Made by a program: the position numbers and the translations under genes
Shown here: piece after piece, positions 40,285-50,990 of the stretch
Position numbering within the stretch: the stretch's first letter is position 1
Layout of the letters: each line of letters starts with the position of its first letter
The notes under the pieces: model-generated
Seen by the model: the letters and a program-made list of their open reading frames with translations, nothing else
Told to the model about the DNA's origin: nothing
The model's database searches: none
Origin: an uncultured virus (IMG/VR IMGVR_UViG_3300028591_000116)
Lineage: Duplodnaviria; Heunggongvirae; Uroviricota; Caudoviricetes
Reading direction: 5' to 3' (one strand)
Length of the DNA stretch: 64,000 nt
IMG/VR virus record: IMGVR_UViG_3300028591_000116

Positions 40285-40492
40285 TTAACCACTACAACCA
40301 CTATCAATAGACAATGTCCCACATCTATTATAGCATCCATTTCCACAATTTTGAGTACACACACCCATGGCACATATTCCTCTACAATCTCCAGTAAGAC
40401 AGTGATCTGAACATGAACTTCCATAATGATCATAATATTCCATACATTTATAAGCGCAATTGTGCGCACACCTTGTATTTTCACAACTTCCT
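40285..40492 (-). other. Cys-rich cassette 3 (68 aa GSCENTRCAHNC...DSGCSG*, 13 Cys)
   Basis: AGGAAGTTGT at 40492-40483; ends GTGGTTGTAGTGG-TTAA; the only upstream start is a TTG antisense inside the next gene. Confidence 0.85.
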
Positions 40493-40552
40493 AATTTAGT
40501 ACTTTTTCGACATTTAAATGATCGAAAAATAATATAATAAGAGGATAAAACT

Positions 40553-42037
40553 ATGGCATATTTCAAAACTGGAAATAGCAATGTAAATAGTTCTACTTCT
40601 CGTAATAATACAACTATTAGACACGGAGAAGGAACAAGCGTTGTCCGTCCTCACGAAATAGAACAAAGGATTGGTAATGCTGTTATTCAGGATAAGTTAG
40701 ATGTTAAAAACACTCCTATATCTCGATTAACTTCTATTACTACACAAGTCATTTATTATGCACATGATGTATCTGATAGAAACGATTACATCACTAATAC
40801 AGGTAATGTATCTTCCGTCACAGTAAATAAAGAGGCTTATAACAAGATTAAAGATTTTGTTATTCTTTGTCAGGAAGCATTAAATGTTACTCTTGAGAAA
40901 GATGAAAATAAGAGTTCTTTAATGGGCGAAGGTACTGCTAAGGTTCTTCCTAAGACAATCAAACCTATAGTCGGTGATCATTTCTTAATGATGACTCTTA
41001 ATAAGAGAAATCTTTACAGAGTTACAGACGTTACTAAGACGTCTATCGAGACAGACAGTGCATATGAAATTTCTTATCAATTAATTGAGGAAAATTCTAA
41101 CAACACTACTTTAATAAACGAAATTGAAAAGAATGTAATTGCTACATATCAATTTGTTTATGCACACGTAGGAACAGAGTTCAGAACTCTCTTTAAAGAA
41201 GACGAATATGTTGCTTTAGAGACTCTTGAAAATATGTATGCTAATATTGCTAGCATTTACAACGAATATTTCTACAACAAAGACAAAAACACATATATTC
41301 TCACATACGATTGCGCTACTATTAAAGATGAATCGGGTGCTACTCTTCTCGAATCAAGAGCTCCATATAAACCATACGTTAGCAATTCTGACGGTATTGT
41401 TGATCCTCCTAAGCTCAATAATACTGACGTTTGGTATGGTTCGTTGATGTATGACAGAATGCTTGTTGAATTCATCACAAGAACTGAACTGTTCAGAAAT
41501 GTAGATCGTAAAACATATTATGTTTCTAAACTCATGGAAGATATAGAACGCTGGTATTCCAAAACGATATGGTACGCTATTGAACACCAAAATACTGGCA
41601 GATTAAGTTTCAAATATCTTAACCCTAGTCCTATTACTAGAGTTACAGTTGCTAGTGCTTATAATCTTTATGGATTGGTAAGTTTGGAACCTATGCCTCA
41701 ACATCTTGATAGTTGCTTGGACCTATATCCTAAGAAATTACTCAAATATATTTATTGGGAAGGATGTAGTAACAGAAGTGTTTCTGATATTACTGTTAAT
41801 GAATATTCTTCCATAGTAGATCTTATTTGTGAAACAATAGGTTTGTATGTAAATAGAAAGGAGGATGCTATATTAAGCAGATTGTTATTGCTTAACGAGC
41901 ATTTTGATCATTTTACTGATATTGGTATAAGAGATCAAAACGAATTCTATTTATTCCCAATGTTGGCATTCGTTATTCGTAAGTGTATGGATAGATTAAG
42001 TGATACTAATTTTGGGCTAGCTATGTATGCTAAATAA
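40553..42037 (+). CDS. probable jumbo-phage virion structural (neck-like) protein
   Basis: Late-type motif 40509-40521; G.A.VLP.TIKP.VGD.F...YRVT.V...Y.I.Y.L beta-barrel pattern. Confidence 0.55.
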   Translation: MAYFKTGNSNVNSSTSRNNTTIRHGEGTSVVRPHEIEQRIGNAVIQDKLDVKNTPISRLTSITTQVIYYAHDVSDRNDYITNTGNVSSVTVNKEAYNKIKDFVILCQEALNVTLEKDENKSSLMGEGTAKVLPKTIKPIVGDHFLMMTLNKRNLYRVTDVTKTSIETDSAYEISYQLIEENSNNTTLINEIEKNVIATYQFVYAHVGTEFRTLFKEDEYVALETLENMYANIASIYNEYFYNKDKNTYILTYDCATIKDESGATLLESRAPYKPYVSNSDGIVDPPKLNNTDVWYGSLMYDRMLVEFITRTELFRNVDRKTYYVSKLMEDIERWYSKTIWYAIEHQNTGRLSFKYLNPSPITRVTVASAYNLYGLVSLEPMPQHLDSCLDLYPKKLLKYIYWEGCSNRSVSDITVNEYSSIVDLICETIGLYVNRKEDAILSRLLLLNEHFDHFTDIGIRDQNEFYLFPMLAFVIRKCMDRLSDTNFGLAMYAK

Positions 42038-42455
42038 AAAATGGAGTATTTTAAAAATGTTTCAACCAAATTATAGATATCACCCGTTTTATCCATGGCC
42101 TTGTTCTGAAGCAATACAATTTATTGATAAAGATGAATGTTATGTATATGCTCCAACAGAACCTACTGAAAAAATAGCAGAGATGTTGAAAATAAATAAT
42201 CGAAATACATATATCTTTAGAACACGAGATCCTGTAACTAGACGTCCTTTTTTCTTGAAAGAAATAAAAGAAGAAGTAAAGAAGTTTATAGATTTTGCTA
42301 AAGCTAATCCTAACATTTCTTTCTTGGTTACTAAGATCGGTTATGATGTAGCAGGGTATAATGAAATAGACATAGCTCCATTATTTAGAGAATGTCTTAC
42401 TATAAGGAATATTCATTTGCCTTACTTGTATTTTGATTATTTAGTCAACAAATAA
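42027..42455 (+). CDS. divergent macro-like (A1S_2505-type) phage protein
   Basis: FI.FAK.NP...FLVT.IG..VAGY....IAPLF......NI.LP motif. Confidence 0.55.
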   Translation: MLNKKWSILKMFQPNYRYHPFYPWPCSEAIQFIDKDECYVYAPTEPTEKIAEMLKINNRNTYIFRTRDPVTRRPFFLKEIKEEVKKFIDFAKANPNISFLVTKIGYDVAGYNEIDIAPLFRECLTIRNIHLPYLYFDYLVNK

Positions 42456-42496
42456 TAACTTTCGTCTCTCCTCGTTATCGGGGGGGGGGCGAAAAC
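42456..42496 (+). repeat. G-run/pyrimidine hairpin repeat, copy 2; likely terminator
   Basis: tttcgtctctcctcg-ttat-cg-G run-cgaaa; reverse complement of 14-56. Confidence 0.75.
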
Positions 42497-42527
42497 TTTA
42501 TGTTATTACCCGATAAAGGATATAAAG

Positions 42528-44456
42528 ATGAATAATCTTAAGATTAAAATTAACGGTAGAGATATACAATCTACTGAAAATATAAATGCTTATAATCTAG
42601 ACGGTGGTTTAGATTTAGGTAGAAGTATAGAAAGCTGTGGTATTATATCAGAAGAAGCTTTCGAAAAATCTTGTGAAGGATTCAGTGACGATGTAAGACA
42701 AGACGGTCTTATAATTGCTATCATCAAGAAATTCAAAGAACTCAAAGATTGGATTGTTGCTAAATTTAAAGCTCTCGTAGGTTTTATTAAAAACCTTATA
42801 AACAGAATTTTCCACCGATCAAAAATCAAAGACATTGAACTTTCAAAAGACGTCACTAACGAAGATATACAACAGAAAAATAAAAGAATAGATGAGTATA
42901 ATAAACATCACGAAAACAAAATGGAATATTTAGTTCCTTCATCTAATCTTTTGAAAATTGTTTATGAAGATTTTGCACATAGAACTACTGTTGCTGTTAT
43001 AGATATATCTGAATATAAACAATATGCTGTTCTTCAGAATATAAAATGTGTTCCTATCTTTATGGAACCGTCTAAATTCAGAGCACTTACAGATAGATTA
43101 CAGACAACATTAGAACTAGCTATGAAGCCTGGTAATGCTGTTAATTCGAATGTAATATCTGATATTCAAAAACTCAAAAAAGAAATATTTGATAATAACA
43201 TTTCAGACGATAATATCAAGATCAGATTTATGGAATTCGGTAGAGCATTCAAAGATCTTAAATCGCTTGAAGACATAACAGATGTTGGAACAAAATTAGG
43301 AAAACGCATAGATGAATTTATAAATGCATTCCAATCAGGCAGCGGGCCAGAAAGATTAAATAAAAGCGAATCTGCTCAAAGATCATATAAAGTAATGAAT
43401 CTGTTCGCTTCTCTCGTTACAAGTTACACGAGCGCATATGTAAGAATATTGATGGAAATAACTCGATTAGTTGAAACTGAATCTAGGTTGTACATAAATA
43501 TGCAACCTTTAGCATTTAGAAACATGACTGATGCATTCAAAGTACAACGTATGTCAAATGACAGTTACACTATCAATATTAAAAAGAGCACATTAAGTAA
43601 AAATCAATTCTCTCCTGAAGAGTTAAAAGCACTTATTGAAAGTGTAGATTTGATCAACGATTACACTAACTCTTATAAAACCGAAACTTGGAAATATCCT
43701 GAATTGAGTAAAGCATATACCACTGCTATACAAATCTTTAGTTCAAAGAGCAATCAAGTTAAGAGTATAGTTGGAAAGATTACTAAAGATACCGCATTCA
43801 CAGCATACGATTTTAATATCGAGCATGATTCTGATGAAATCACAATGCAAGGTCGAATAGTTATTGATAATAGAAAACGTATCGATATCGGATACAGTAA
43901 ATTATATCATTCTTCTGATGCAAATTTAACTGAAATCAGTGCAACTTCCGCAGCCGCGGATGGAATGAAAGGAAGTGGTAGATATAGTCAAGCTATAGCT
44001 ACTTTCGGTAATAAATTTAGAATCTATGCTTCTAAATACCCAGTTATTAAAAACGGTATTCCATTAACAAATGAAGCTATGGCTAAATTTATTAAAATGG
44101 TATCACCTAATTTGAATAATTCCTCTATGAAAACGGTTTCACCTAATGATATCAAATCATTTTTTGATAATTCTGGTTTAACTAGAATGTATGTTTATGA
44201 AATTGATCCCTATGATCTATTAGGTACAGCAATATACGCTGACCCAGAACACAATGGTGCTATGCAAAGAATTACAAATAAACTTGTTACTGGTGGTGAA
44301 ATCATAAAAGACAATTGTGTATACGTTGAAAGTGATAAACCTATTAAAGTTTCTTCTAAACACAAATTTGAAGAGTTTGTTGATTATAAAGAAGTATACA
44401 ATCTTCTTAGAAAAGATTTAAACAAATATTCTACTGATAAGATAAATTTTGTTTAA
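42528..44456 (+). CDS. probable internal head protein
   Basis: Clustered STE/SIE/AFE/SCE sites followed by an amphipathic helix 'IKKFKELKDWIVAKFKALVGFIKNL', as in phiKZ-like internal head proteins. Confidence 0.6.
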   Translation: MNNLKIKINGRDIQSTENINAYNLDGGLDLGRSIESCGIISEEAFEKSCEGFSDDVRQDGLIIAIIKKFKELKDWIVAKFKALVGFIKNLINRIFHRSKIKDIELSKDVTNEDIQQKNKRIDEYNKHHENKMEYLVPSSNLLKIVYEDFAHRTTVAVIDISEYKQYAVLQNIKCVPIFMEPSKFRALTDRLQTTLELAMKPGNAVNSNVISDIQKLKKEIFDNNISDDNIKIRFMEFGRAFKDLKSLEDITDVGTKLGKRIDEFINAFQSGSGPERLNKSESAQRSYKVMNLFASLVTSYTSAYVRILMEITRLVETESRLYINMQPLAFRNMTDAFKVQRMSNDSYTINIKKSTLSKNQFSPEELKALIESVDLINDYTNSYKTETWKYPELSKAYTTAIQIFSSKSNQVKSIVGKITKDTAFTAYDFNIEHDSDEITMQGRIVIDNRKRIDIGYSKLYHSSDANLTEISATSAAADGMKGSGRYSQAIATFGNKFRIYASKYPVIKNGIPLTNEAMAKFIKMVSPNLNNSSMKTVSPNDIKSFFDNSGLTRMYVYEIDPYDLLGTAIYADPEHNGAMQRITNKLVTGGEIIKDNCVYVESDKPIKVSSKHKFEEFVDYKEVYNLLRKDLNKYSTDKINFV

Positions 44457-44510
44457 ATAATACACTCACTTTTATATTATATTTGTGGAATGGGAGAAAG
44501 GAGGTTTATT

Positions 44511-44714
44511 ATGAATAACAGATTCACTTTCGAAGATCTCGGATTACACAAAGTCAAAGATGTTGATGAAAACAAATTGCGTAATGTATATAAAGATTTT
44601 GAAGCTCATCCTTTAAAGTATATTACTCCGCAAGTGAACATTGACACTTTACCAATGGTTGATCTGAAACAGCTTTACAGAAACAAAATTATCGAAACAG
44701 CTAAAGCTATGTAA
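44511..44714 (+). CDS. small hypothetical protein
   Basis: AAGGAGG RBS; TATATTAT upstream. Confidence 0.7.
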   Translation: MNNRFTFEDLGLHKVKDVDENKLRNVYKDFEAHPLKYITPQVNIDTLPMVDLKQLYRNKIIETAKAM

Positions 44715-44722
44715 TCCAAGAC

Positions 44723-44752
44723 AAGACCAGCCATAATGGCTGGTCTTTTTTT
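44723..44752 (+). terminator. intrinsic terminator immediately 5' of cassette 4
   Basis: aagaccagcca-taa-tggctggtctt followed by a T run. Confidence 0.85.
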
Positions 44753-44755
44753 ATT

Positions 44756-44978
44756 AGGAAGTTGTATATTGAATACGTGTTCTAAAAACGCATGTGTAAC
44801 ATATCCCTGTTCTATGTGGTGTGCAGGTAACTGTAATGGAGGTTTTGCAGCTTGTTCGTTTTGTGCTGGTGCAACACGTTGTGCTTGTAATAATAACTGT
44901 GAGTCTGCTTGTTCAAAAGGTTGCGGAAACGGGTGTACCAATTGTTGTTTCGGTCTTAATTCTAGTGGTTGTAGTGGA
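44756..44978 (+). other. Cys-rich cassette 4 (74 aa GSCILNTCSKNAC...NSSGCSG, 17 Cys)
   Basis: AGGAAGTTGT at 44756-44765; ends GTGGTTGTAGTGG; the only ATG (44736) is inside the terminator hairpin. Confidence 0.85.
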
Positions 44979-45072
44979 TTTAATCAACCTCTATATACGA
45001 TTGTATATTTAATTATTGGTATTAGGGAAAGGATAAACTAATAAACTCTAATAACCAAGGAGAACTAAAAAT

Positions 45073-45813
45073 ATGGCTAATGAAGTTAAGGGGAACCTTC
45101 AGTTCAACGAAATGTTGTACTCAGAAATTGGAGAAGACATCAATGTCGCAAACAGCAAAAACGTTTCTATCGCAGCTTTGGAAAGTTGTGGTAATATAAG
45201 ACGCATGGTAAACCACGCTGTCCGCATTATTACCAAGCTTACACCATGGCATCTAGCGAAGGTACAAAAATACGTTGGAAGCCTTGAAGGTAGATCTAAT
45301 AATCAGATCTACACAAAATTTGTTACTATTAATCTTAGTGACATCTATGAGGTGGGAAATGAAGAATTGACTAATTGTTTCAATTGGATTTGTGGAATGC
45401 TCATAAATCCTGTTGACGATTATACATATAGCCTCTGGTGTGATGCGATGAGCGAAAAGAGATATTCTATCGAACGCTACAATCGCAATGAAAAGTCAGG
45501 AACAGTCAACAGTATCACTTTCAGATTTATTGTTATGAAATATAACGGGGTTTGGAAGCGGCTTGACACTGAGGTCAACGTTAAACGCACTAGACCAGCT
45601 GAAACTCTTGAAGAACAGCAGGAAGAATTTGCTGCATCTGAAGAGAATAAACCGGTTAAAAAACCTGCAAAGAAACCTGCTAACAAAAAGAAAGCGCCAG
45701 CAGCTAAGAAATCTGTAAAAGTAGAAGATGCTAAAGAAGCTGAAGCAGACACAAATGAATATACTGAAGATGATACTTATTCGTATAAGATAGGCGACGC
45801 TCTTAAGAAATAA
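45073..45813 (+). CDS. hypothetical protein with KKPA-rich tail
   Basis: AAGGAG RBS; low-complexity basic C-terminus. Confidence 0.75.
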   Translation: MANEVKGNLQFNEMLYSEIGEDINVANSKNVSIAALESCGNIRRMVNHAVRIITKLTPWHLAKVQKYVGSLEGRSNNQIYTKFVTINLSDIYEVGNEELTNCFNWICGMLINPVDDYTYSLWCDAMSEKRYSIERYNRNEKSGTVNSITFRFIVMKYNGVWKRLDTEVNVKRTRPAETLEEQQEEFAASEENKPVKKPAKKPANKKKAPAAKKSVKVEDAKEAEADTNEYTEDDTYSYKIGDALKK

Positions 45814-45932
45814 GTTCATCATCGTTCATATATTTCTCTACTCTCTCTAGGGACACCCAAAAGGTGTCCCTTTTTCTTTTTCTTTTACAAAGGAAAAACA
45901 TCAATATGACTTACTATAAATGGAGTAATTTT

Positions 45933-47429
45933 ATGGATATTGCTCACAATAAAATAACACAAGAGCTGCCTTTTGATGCAGTTTCCAATAATATAAATTC
46001 ATCTATTACTCAATACAAAGATGGTAAAGACCAGCATTTAGTTAATGGAACAACAGATATTGCTGCTAAAAACAGTGTTATCGAAGCATTCTATAACAGA
46101 CTTAAAGACCCATTAATCGTAACCGATGATGCTACTAAAGAAATTTACTCTAATGGTACTTCTTTAGGTAGATTCTTAGTTAATAACGATAACGATATGG
46201 TTGAAAAATCAACTGAATCTTTGGCTTCAGAAACAGGTAAAGCTATATTCCCTGTAATGAAATTAATGCTTAGAAAACAAGTTATTCCTGTTTGTGCTAT
46301 GTCCGTTCAGTTAAGTAAGAATGTAAAAGATGTAGCTAAAAAAGGTTTTGTTAAATCTTTACCTAAAATCAGTATACCAACTAGTATGGATTCATATAAA
46401 GACAATTTTGTTAAATCCATTATAGAGCAAACTGTTGGTGAGAAAGTAGTTGATATAAGTTTCAGCTCTCTATCAGAATATCTTAGAGACGCAATCAATG
46501 TGTTCTCAAAGAACAGAGACAATACAAAAGAATTCTTTGAACGTTATACAAAACGTTACAAATACATTTCTGATATTAGTAGCAAATTGGCTATAAGCGT
46601 AAGTGATATGCTTAAGGAATTTATGAAATTGTCTGATAATAAAGACGGTATTTCTAGTTCTGAAGCTAATTCTGCTATAAACAAAATGACTTCGTCAGCT
46701 TATGAAATCAATGCTATGTATAATGAATTGATAACTAAATATACTGATGACGACGATTTGTTTACTCTAGTTAATCAGAAATATAAGTTTGATGTTATGA
46801 ACTTTTCTGTAAAGAAAGCTACTAATTATCAGAACGATTATTCAGGTATAACTAAACAATCATTGCTTGAATATGTAAAACAAGAAGAATCTAAAGCTGT
46901 TGATTCTGATAAAGAAAAGATGGTATTTAGCACTATCTTCAGTCCTAAAGGAGTTAATAAAATTATTGAAGGAGTTCAAGGTACTTATCCTGATTCTATC
47001 AGTATGGAACTCCTTATGAACAAACAGAAACGTTCTTTGTTCTCTGTAATTGACGAAATGACAGTTGAAGAGTTCTATAATCAGATAGAATTATTTAACA
47101 AATATACTAAAGATTTTAGATCAGATGTTGATAAAATTTTAGTTGATCTGATTGATTCTACAACTAGAGTAGCTAATATCACAGGTACATTGTCAACTTA
47201 CGTATTAGACGCAATAGAAAAGATAGGTAAAATACAACAACCTTCTGATTATAATTTGGCTATGCTAGTTATTAGTATTGCTACTTGGTCTTGTTTAGAC
47301 CTTATGACTGTTGTTAATGCTATGCATTATATTAACGCAAATGACCTGGTTATGAAGACATATCTTTATGAAAACACAGTGAACTTTGCTAAATATATAG
47401 ATGATTGTATTCAATCTTGGAGAAAATAA
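45933..47429 (+). CDS. probable internal head protein
   Basis: Late-type motif 45897-45909; GGAG RBS; STES/ASE sites. Confidence 0.6.
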   Translation: MDIAHNKITQELPFDAVSNNINSSITQYKDGKDQHLVNGTTDIAAKNSVIEAFYNRLKDPLIVTDDATKEIYSNGTSLGRFLVNNDNDMVEKSTESLASETGKAIFPVMKLMLRKQVIPVCAMSVQLSKNVKDVAKKGFVKSLPKISIPTSMDSYKDNFVKSIIEQTVGEKVVDISFSSLSEYLRDAINVFSKNRDNTKEFFERYTKRYKYISDISSKLAISVSDMLKEFMKLSDNKDGISSSEANSAINKMTSSAYEINAMYNELITKYTDDDDLFTLVNQKYKFDVMNFSVKKATNYQNDYSGITKQSLLEYVKQEESKAVDSDKEKMVFSTIFSPKGVNKIIEGVQGTYPDSISMELLMNKQKRSLFSVIDEMTVEEFYNQIELFNKYTKDFRSDVDKILVDLIDSTTRVANITGTLSTYVLDAIEKIGKIQQPSDYNLAMLVISIATWSCLDLMTVVNAMHYINANDLVMKTYLYENTVNFAKYIDDCIQSWRK

Positions 47430-49919
47430 ATGATTAATAAAAATCAATATGAAAAATCAGTTATTATGCTCAAAGAGCATGTTCCGATTTTTGTAAGAAA
47501 CGCTTATAATTCCTTTGTCACATGCTTGGATGAACTCTCGTCTGAATATATGGCAGAAGCACAAAAAGATTCTCCATATTCTATCGATAAGGTATGTAAG
47601 AATCTTTTTATCAACCGCGATTTCATGAAGGTATACAACAATGCTTTGCCTGATGATGTTCTCAAGCTCAAGCTGTATAAAATTGTATCTTCTATCGCTA
47701 CATTCGATTCGCCTAAATCGGGATATGATAACAAGAACGAAGAGTTCTATACTGTAAATGGTCCAGACATTTACGCACCAGTAAAGGCAATTAAACCTGC
47801 CCTTACAGTATTCAGTGCAGACTATACTTGGCTCAAAGACTGTGAAAAGAAAGTAATTCCTTTGTCGTTTGAGATCGAAAGATGTTGTAATATGTCAGAA
47901 ACTGAATTGCAAGTAAGTAAAGGAGACACACTTTCTGATCTTGTTAACGAAGATATTGAAGGATTCAATGGAGTAAAAACTATTCTCGATGATCTTTCTA
48001 CAACAATGGTTGTTGACTTAGCAGCGTTGTTTGATTTATTCTTCGCTTCACTTGCTAAAGACTACGCCGTTGATTTTACTGAAGGAAATCAGGTAGATTC
48101 TATTCCTACTCGCTTTATCGAACATTTGGTAAAATTAAGCGAAGCCGCTAAACAGGCAGACAAATCTACTGCTATTGTAGAACTTGTTACAGACAAATTG
48201 TTTGGTTCTGCTATTTCTACATACTTCGTGTATGCTTCTAAACTTGTTGGATCAAAGAACGATATCTATCAGTGGATGTACACATCTTTCGTAAAAGACA
48301 GTGTTACTTCGTTTGATGAAATTTATTATCCTACTAAAGCTCCTGTTACACTTGACAGTGGTCATGCTGTAATTGGTGAAATGAACGGTGATAATATCTC
48401 TGACCAGAGAAACATCGCAGGAAATCCACAGATTCAGTCTCATCCTACAAATAATGACGATGAACTGACTCTCAAGAAGATCATGATCTACAGAAATATT
48501 CGTATGCAGTATTCTGTATGGGCTTCAATTATTAATGCTGTTCTCAGCTCAAAGATCGGATGGGGTTGTTCCTTCGAGAAGTATGCTAACTCTAAAGAGA
48601 AAGATGTAGGATTGCCTAGAAACAGACTTTGTTACAATACACTCGGCTTAGCACGCGATTCTCTTTATGCTTATATTAAAGCACGATATCGAACATACAA
48701 TCTTACACAGCAAGTTGATCCTATTACAGGTATTCCATATCAGAGTGTAAAGAATATCAATATTGCCGTAGATAGAGTTAAAGACGAAGAAGCTATCGCT
48801 ATAATTAAATCTGCTATTGCCGGTAAGACTATTGAAAAGACGCTCATTGCAACAGAAAACATTTCTTACAATGTATCTGGAATCAATAACTTAGCCGTAA
48901 ATACCCTTTCTAAGTTTGTATTAAGAGCTTCTTATCTTGTTCTGATGTCTAAGATGGTTGAATCTTTAGGTAAAGCTAAAGATGTGATCGAACCTCAGAC
49001 AGGTCGTCCTAAGAAAGACGTATTTGCTGAAGTATTCTATGGTATTCTAAATAAGCTCAAAAATGATTTTGATTATTATTCAAGAAACTCAACAGATTAC
49101 CGATTGGAAGACATCACTGATTCTGTATACAAACTGCTTACAGAAATTTCCATTTTCTATTCTCCATTAACAGGTTTCAAACCTTGTGAAGATAGGAACT
49201 TTGAGGTATATCATCTCAGTAAGAAACATTTCGTAACTGAAACCCTCAACACAATTGTATCAGAGCTTGAAGAAACTGCATACAATCTTGATAGATGTAC
49301 TATCTATTATTTCAACGAAATCTGTTCTATTCCTTTATTCAGTGATATCCGCGTTTTGGAATTCAGCATCAATGACCAATTCACAGTATTTGATACTGTT
49401 CCTAGATACAACGTTCTGAATATGAACAACAAGAACGATCAGGTAATATTCCCTAAAAATAGATTGATCCTTGAGGGAATCGAAAAAATGAATTTTGATT
49501 CTCATCGTTCTTTTGCTTCATTGGAATCTGTTAACAATGCTATTGATAGTCTCCAGACTCTTTCTGAAATGGGATTTGAAGGTGCGGATGCTATGGCAAG
49601 CAATTCTGTTTACTCATCACTTGCTGGTGTATGTAGCGGAATTACTTCTCTTGAAATCACTAATGAAGAAACTGCTGCTAAAGATCATTTAATTGTAAAC
49701 GATGATAGTGGAATTATCACTGAAGGTGTTAATACTGATGCTGATGGAAATCTTAATCCTGAAGGACCTAAAGATCCATATGATCAGGCAAGTTTGACAC
49801 AGCACAGTGTTGAATCTGCTCATCAGATGATTGAAGCTACATTGGAACATGATCTGTATGCTAATGCTTCTGAGAGGTTTAATAAGATCTTTAATTCAGT
49901 TGTATTAGGAATGAAATAA
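47430..49919 (+). CDS. probable virion head protein
   Basis: 829 aa; ATE, SLE, GFE, SVE and ASE sites concentrated in the C-terminal part. Confidence 0.6.
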   Translation: MINKNQYEKSVIMLKEHVPIFVRNAYNSFVTCLDELSSEYMAEAQKDSPYSIDKVCKNLFINRDFMKVYNNALPDDVLKLKLYKIVSSIATFDSPKSGYDNKNEEFYTVNGPDIYAPVKAIKPALTVFSADYTWLKDCEKKVIPLSFEIERCCNMSETELQVSKGDTLSDLVNEDIEGFNGVKTILDDLSTTMVVDLAALFDLFFASLAKDYAVDFTEGNQVDSIPTRFIEHLVKLSEAAKQADKSTAIVELVTDKLFGSAISTYFVYASKLVGSKNDIYQWMYTSFVKDSVTSFDEIYYPTKAPVTLDSGHAVIGEMNGDNISDQRNIAGNPQIQSHPTNNDDELTLKKIMIYRNIRMQYSVWASIINAVLSSKIGWGCSFEKYANSKEKDVGLPRNRLCYNTLGLARDSLYAYIKARYRTYNLTQQVDPITGIPYQSVKNINIAVDRVKDEEAIAIIKSAIAGKTIEKTLIATENISYNVSGINNLAVNTLSKFVLRASYLVLMSKMVESLGKAKDVIEPQTGRPKKDVFAEVFYGILNKLKNDFDYYSRNSTDYRLEDITDSVYKLLTEISIFYSPLTGFKPCEDRNFEVYHLSKKHFVTETLNTIVSELEETAYNLDRCTIYYFNEICSIPLFSDIRVLEFSINDQFTVFDTVPRYNVLNMNNKNDQVIFPKNRLILEGIEKMNFDSHRSFASLESVNNAIDSLQTLSEMGFEGADAMASNSVYSSLAGVCSGITSLEITNEETAAKDHLIVNDDSGIITEGVNTDADGNLNPEGPKDPYDQASLTQHSVESAHQMIEATLEHDLYANASERFNKIFNSVVLGMK

Positions 49920-50054
49920 TTTATATATTCTATAAATAGTGTAGTACCAGGGCTTATGCTCTGGTACTATTTTATATAAATAAAAAAAGAGGATTTAAAG
50001 TACATTTGTATGACCTCAAATAAAAAGTTCTTAATTTAAGGGAGGAATAGCGAT

Positions 50055-50990
50055 ATGAAACGCTATATTCTAATGGCAATCGTATTATTGTTTGGCTCAA
50101 CAATGATATTTTCTAGTAATGCGATTGATAATCAACCTGTGTTCGATTCTTTCGATTTTTCTATTAAAGGAAGTCACGAACATGTAGAAAACGATTTGCA
50201 GAGTATTGTAGAGACAATGGTTCCAAGAAAGTATGTCAATACTTTCAATCATTACACAACTATGCCTACATTGGAAGACACAATTAATCTGCGCATACAC
50301 ATTCTTGCAATAGGTCAAATAGAATCCGAATGGACGCCTGCTGTAAGTGACATTAATGAAAATGGTAGTTACGATATTGGCTACCTGCAACTCAACAGTT
50401 ATAATCTTAAAGATGACTTATTCTTGTGGAAATTCTCACCTAAAAAGTCTGACGGATTTAATTACGATGTATCTGATGACATGGAAAGATACATGATCAT
50501 GTGCATCAAACTTTACAAGGCTTTGTATAAGTCTTACGGGAACGACGCATGTTATTGTTACAACGGAGGAGAAGGAAGATATTTAAACGATAGAATTCCT
50601 GCTTCCACTTATGGTTATCAGAAACGAATGTCAAAAGAAATCACTACAATAGTAGATCAGCTTGAAGAAAAAGCAAACAATCACATTAAGCTTGAACTAG
50701 CAGAAAATTTAAAGAAAATCAGCACCTTCAATCTAGATTACTTAGCAGAACTTGTACTTAATAAATGCAGTAAAACTAGACTAGATTTAGGTCTTCAATA
50801 TCAGAGTTTTAATAAACCTCAAGATATGCTGTTCGATAAAAAACGTGTATTTGCTATTCAGAGTGCAATCTACTTAACCAGATTACAAATCAATAAGAAC
50901 TATGTGTTCATTGGCGATTATGTGAAAAACACAGGAGCCGTAGCCCCTGTATTCTTACATAGACCATCTGGTAAAATACTGTATTGTTAA
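50055..50990 (+). CDS. lytic transglycosylase (SLT/lysozyme-like) with signal peptide
   Basis: AI.QIES, N.NGS.DIG.LQLN and YNGG motifs; hydrophobic N-terminus. Confidence 0.8.
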   Translation: MKRYILMAIVLLFGSTMIFSSNAIDNQPVFDSFDFSIKGSHEHVENDLQSIVETMVPRKYVNTFNHYTTMPTLEDTINLRIHILAIGQIESEWTPAVSDINENGSYDIGYLQLNSYNLKDDLFLWKFSPKKSDGFNYDVSDDMERYMIMCIKLYKALYKSYGNDACYCYNGGEGRYLNDRIPASTYGYQKRMSKEITTIVDQLEEKANNHIKLELAENLKKISTFNLDYLAELVLNKCSKTRLDLGLQYQSFNKPQDMLFDKKRVFAIQSAIYLTRLQINKNYVFIGDYVKNTGAVAPVFLHRPSGKILYC

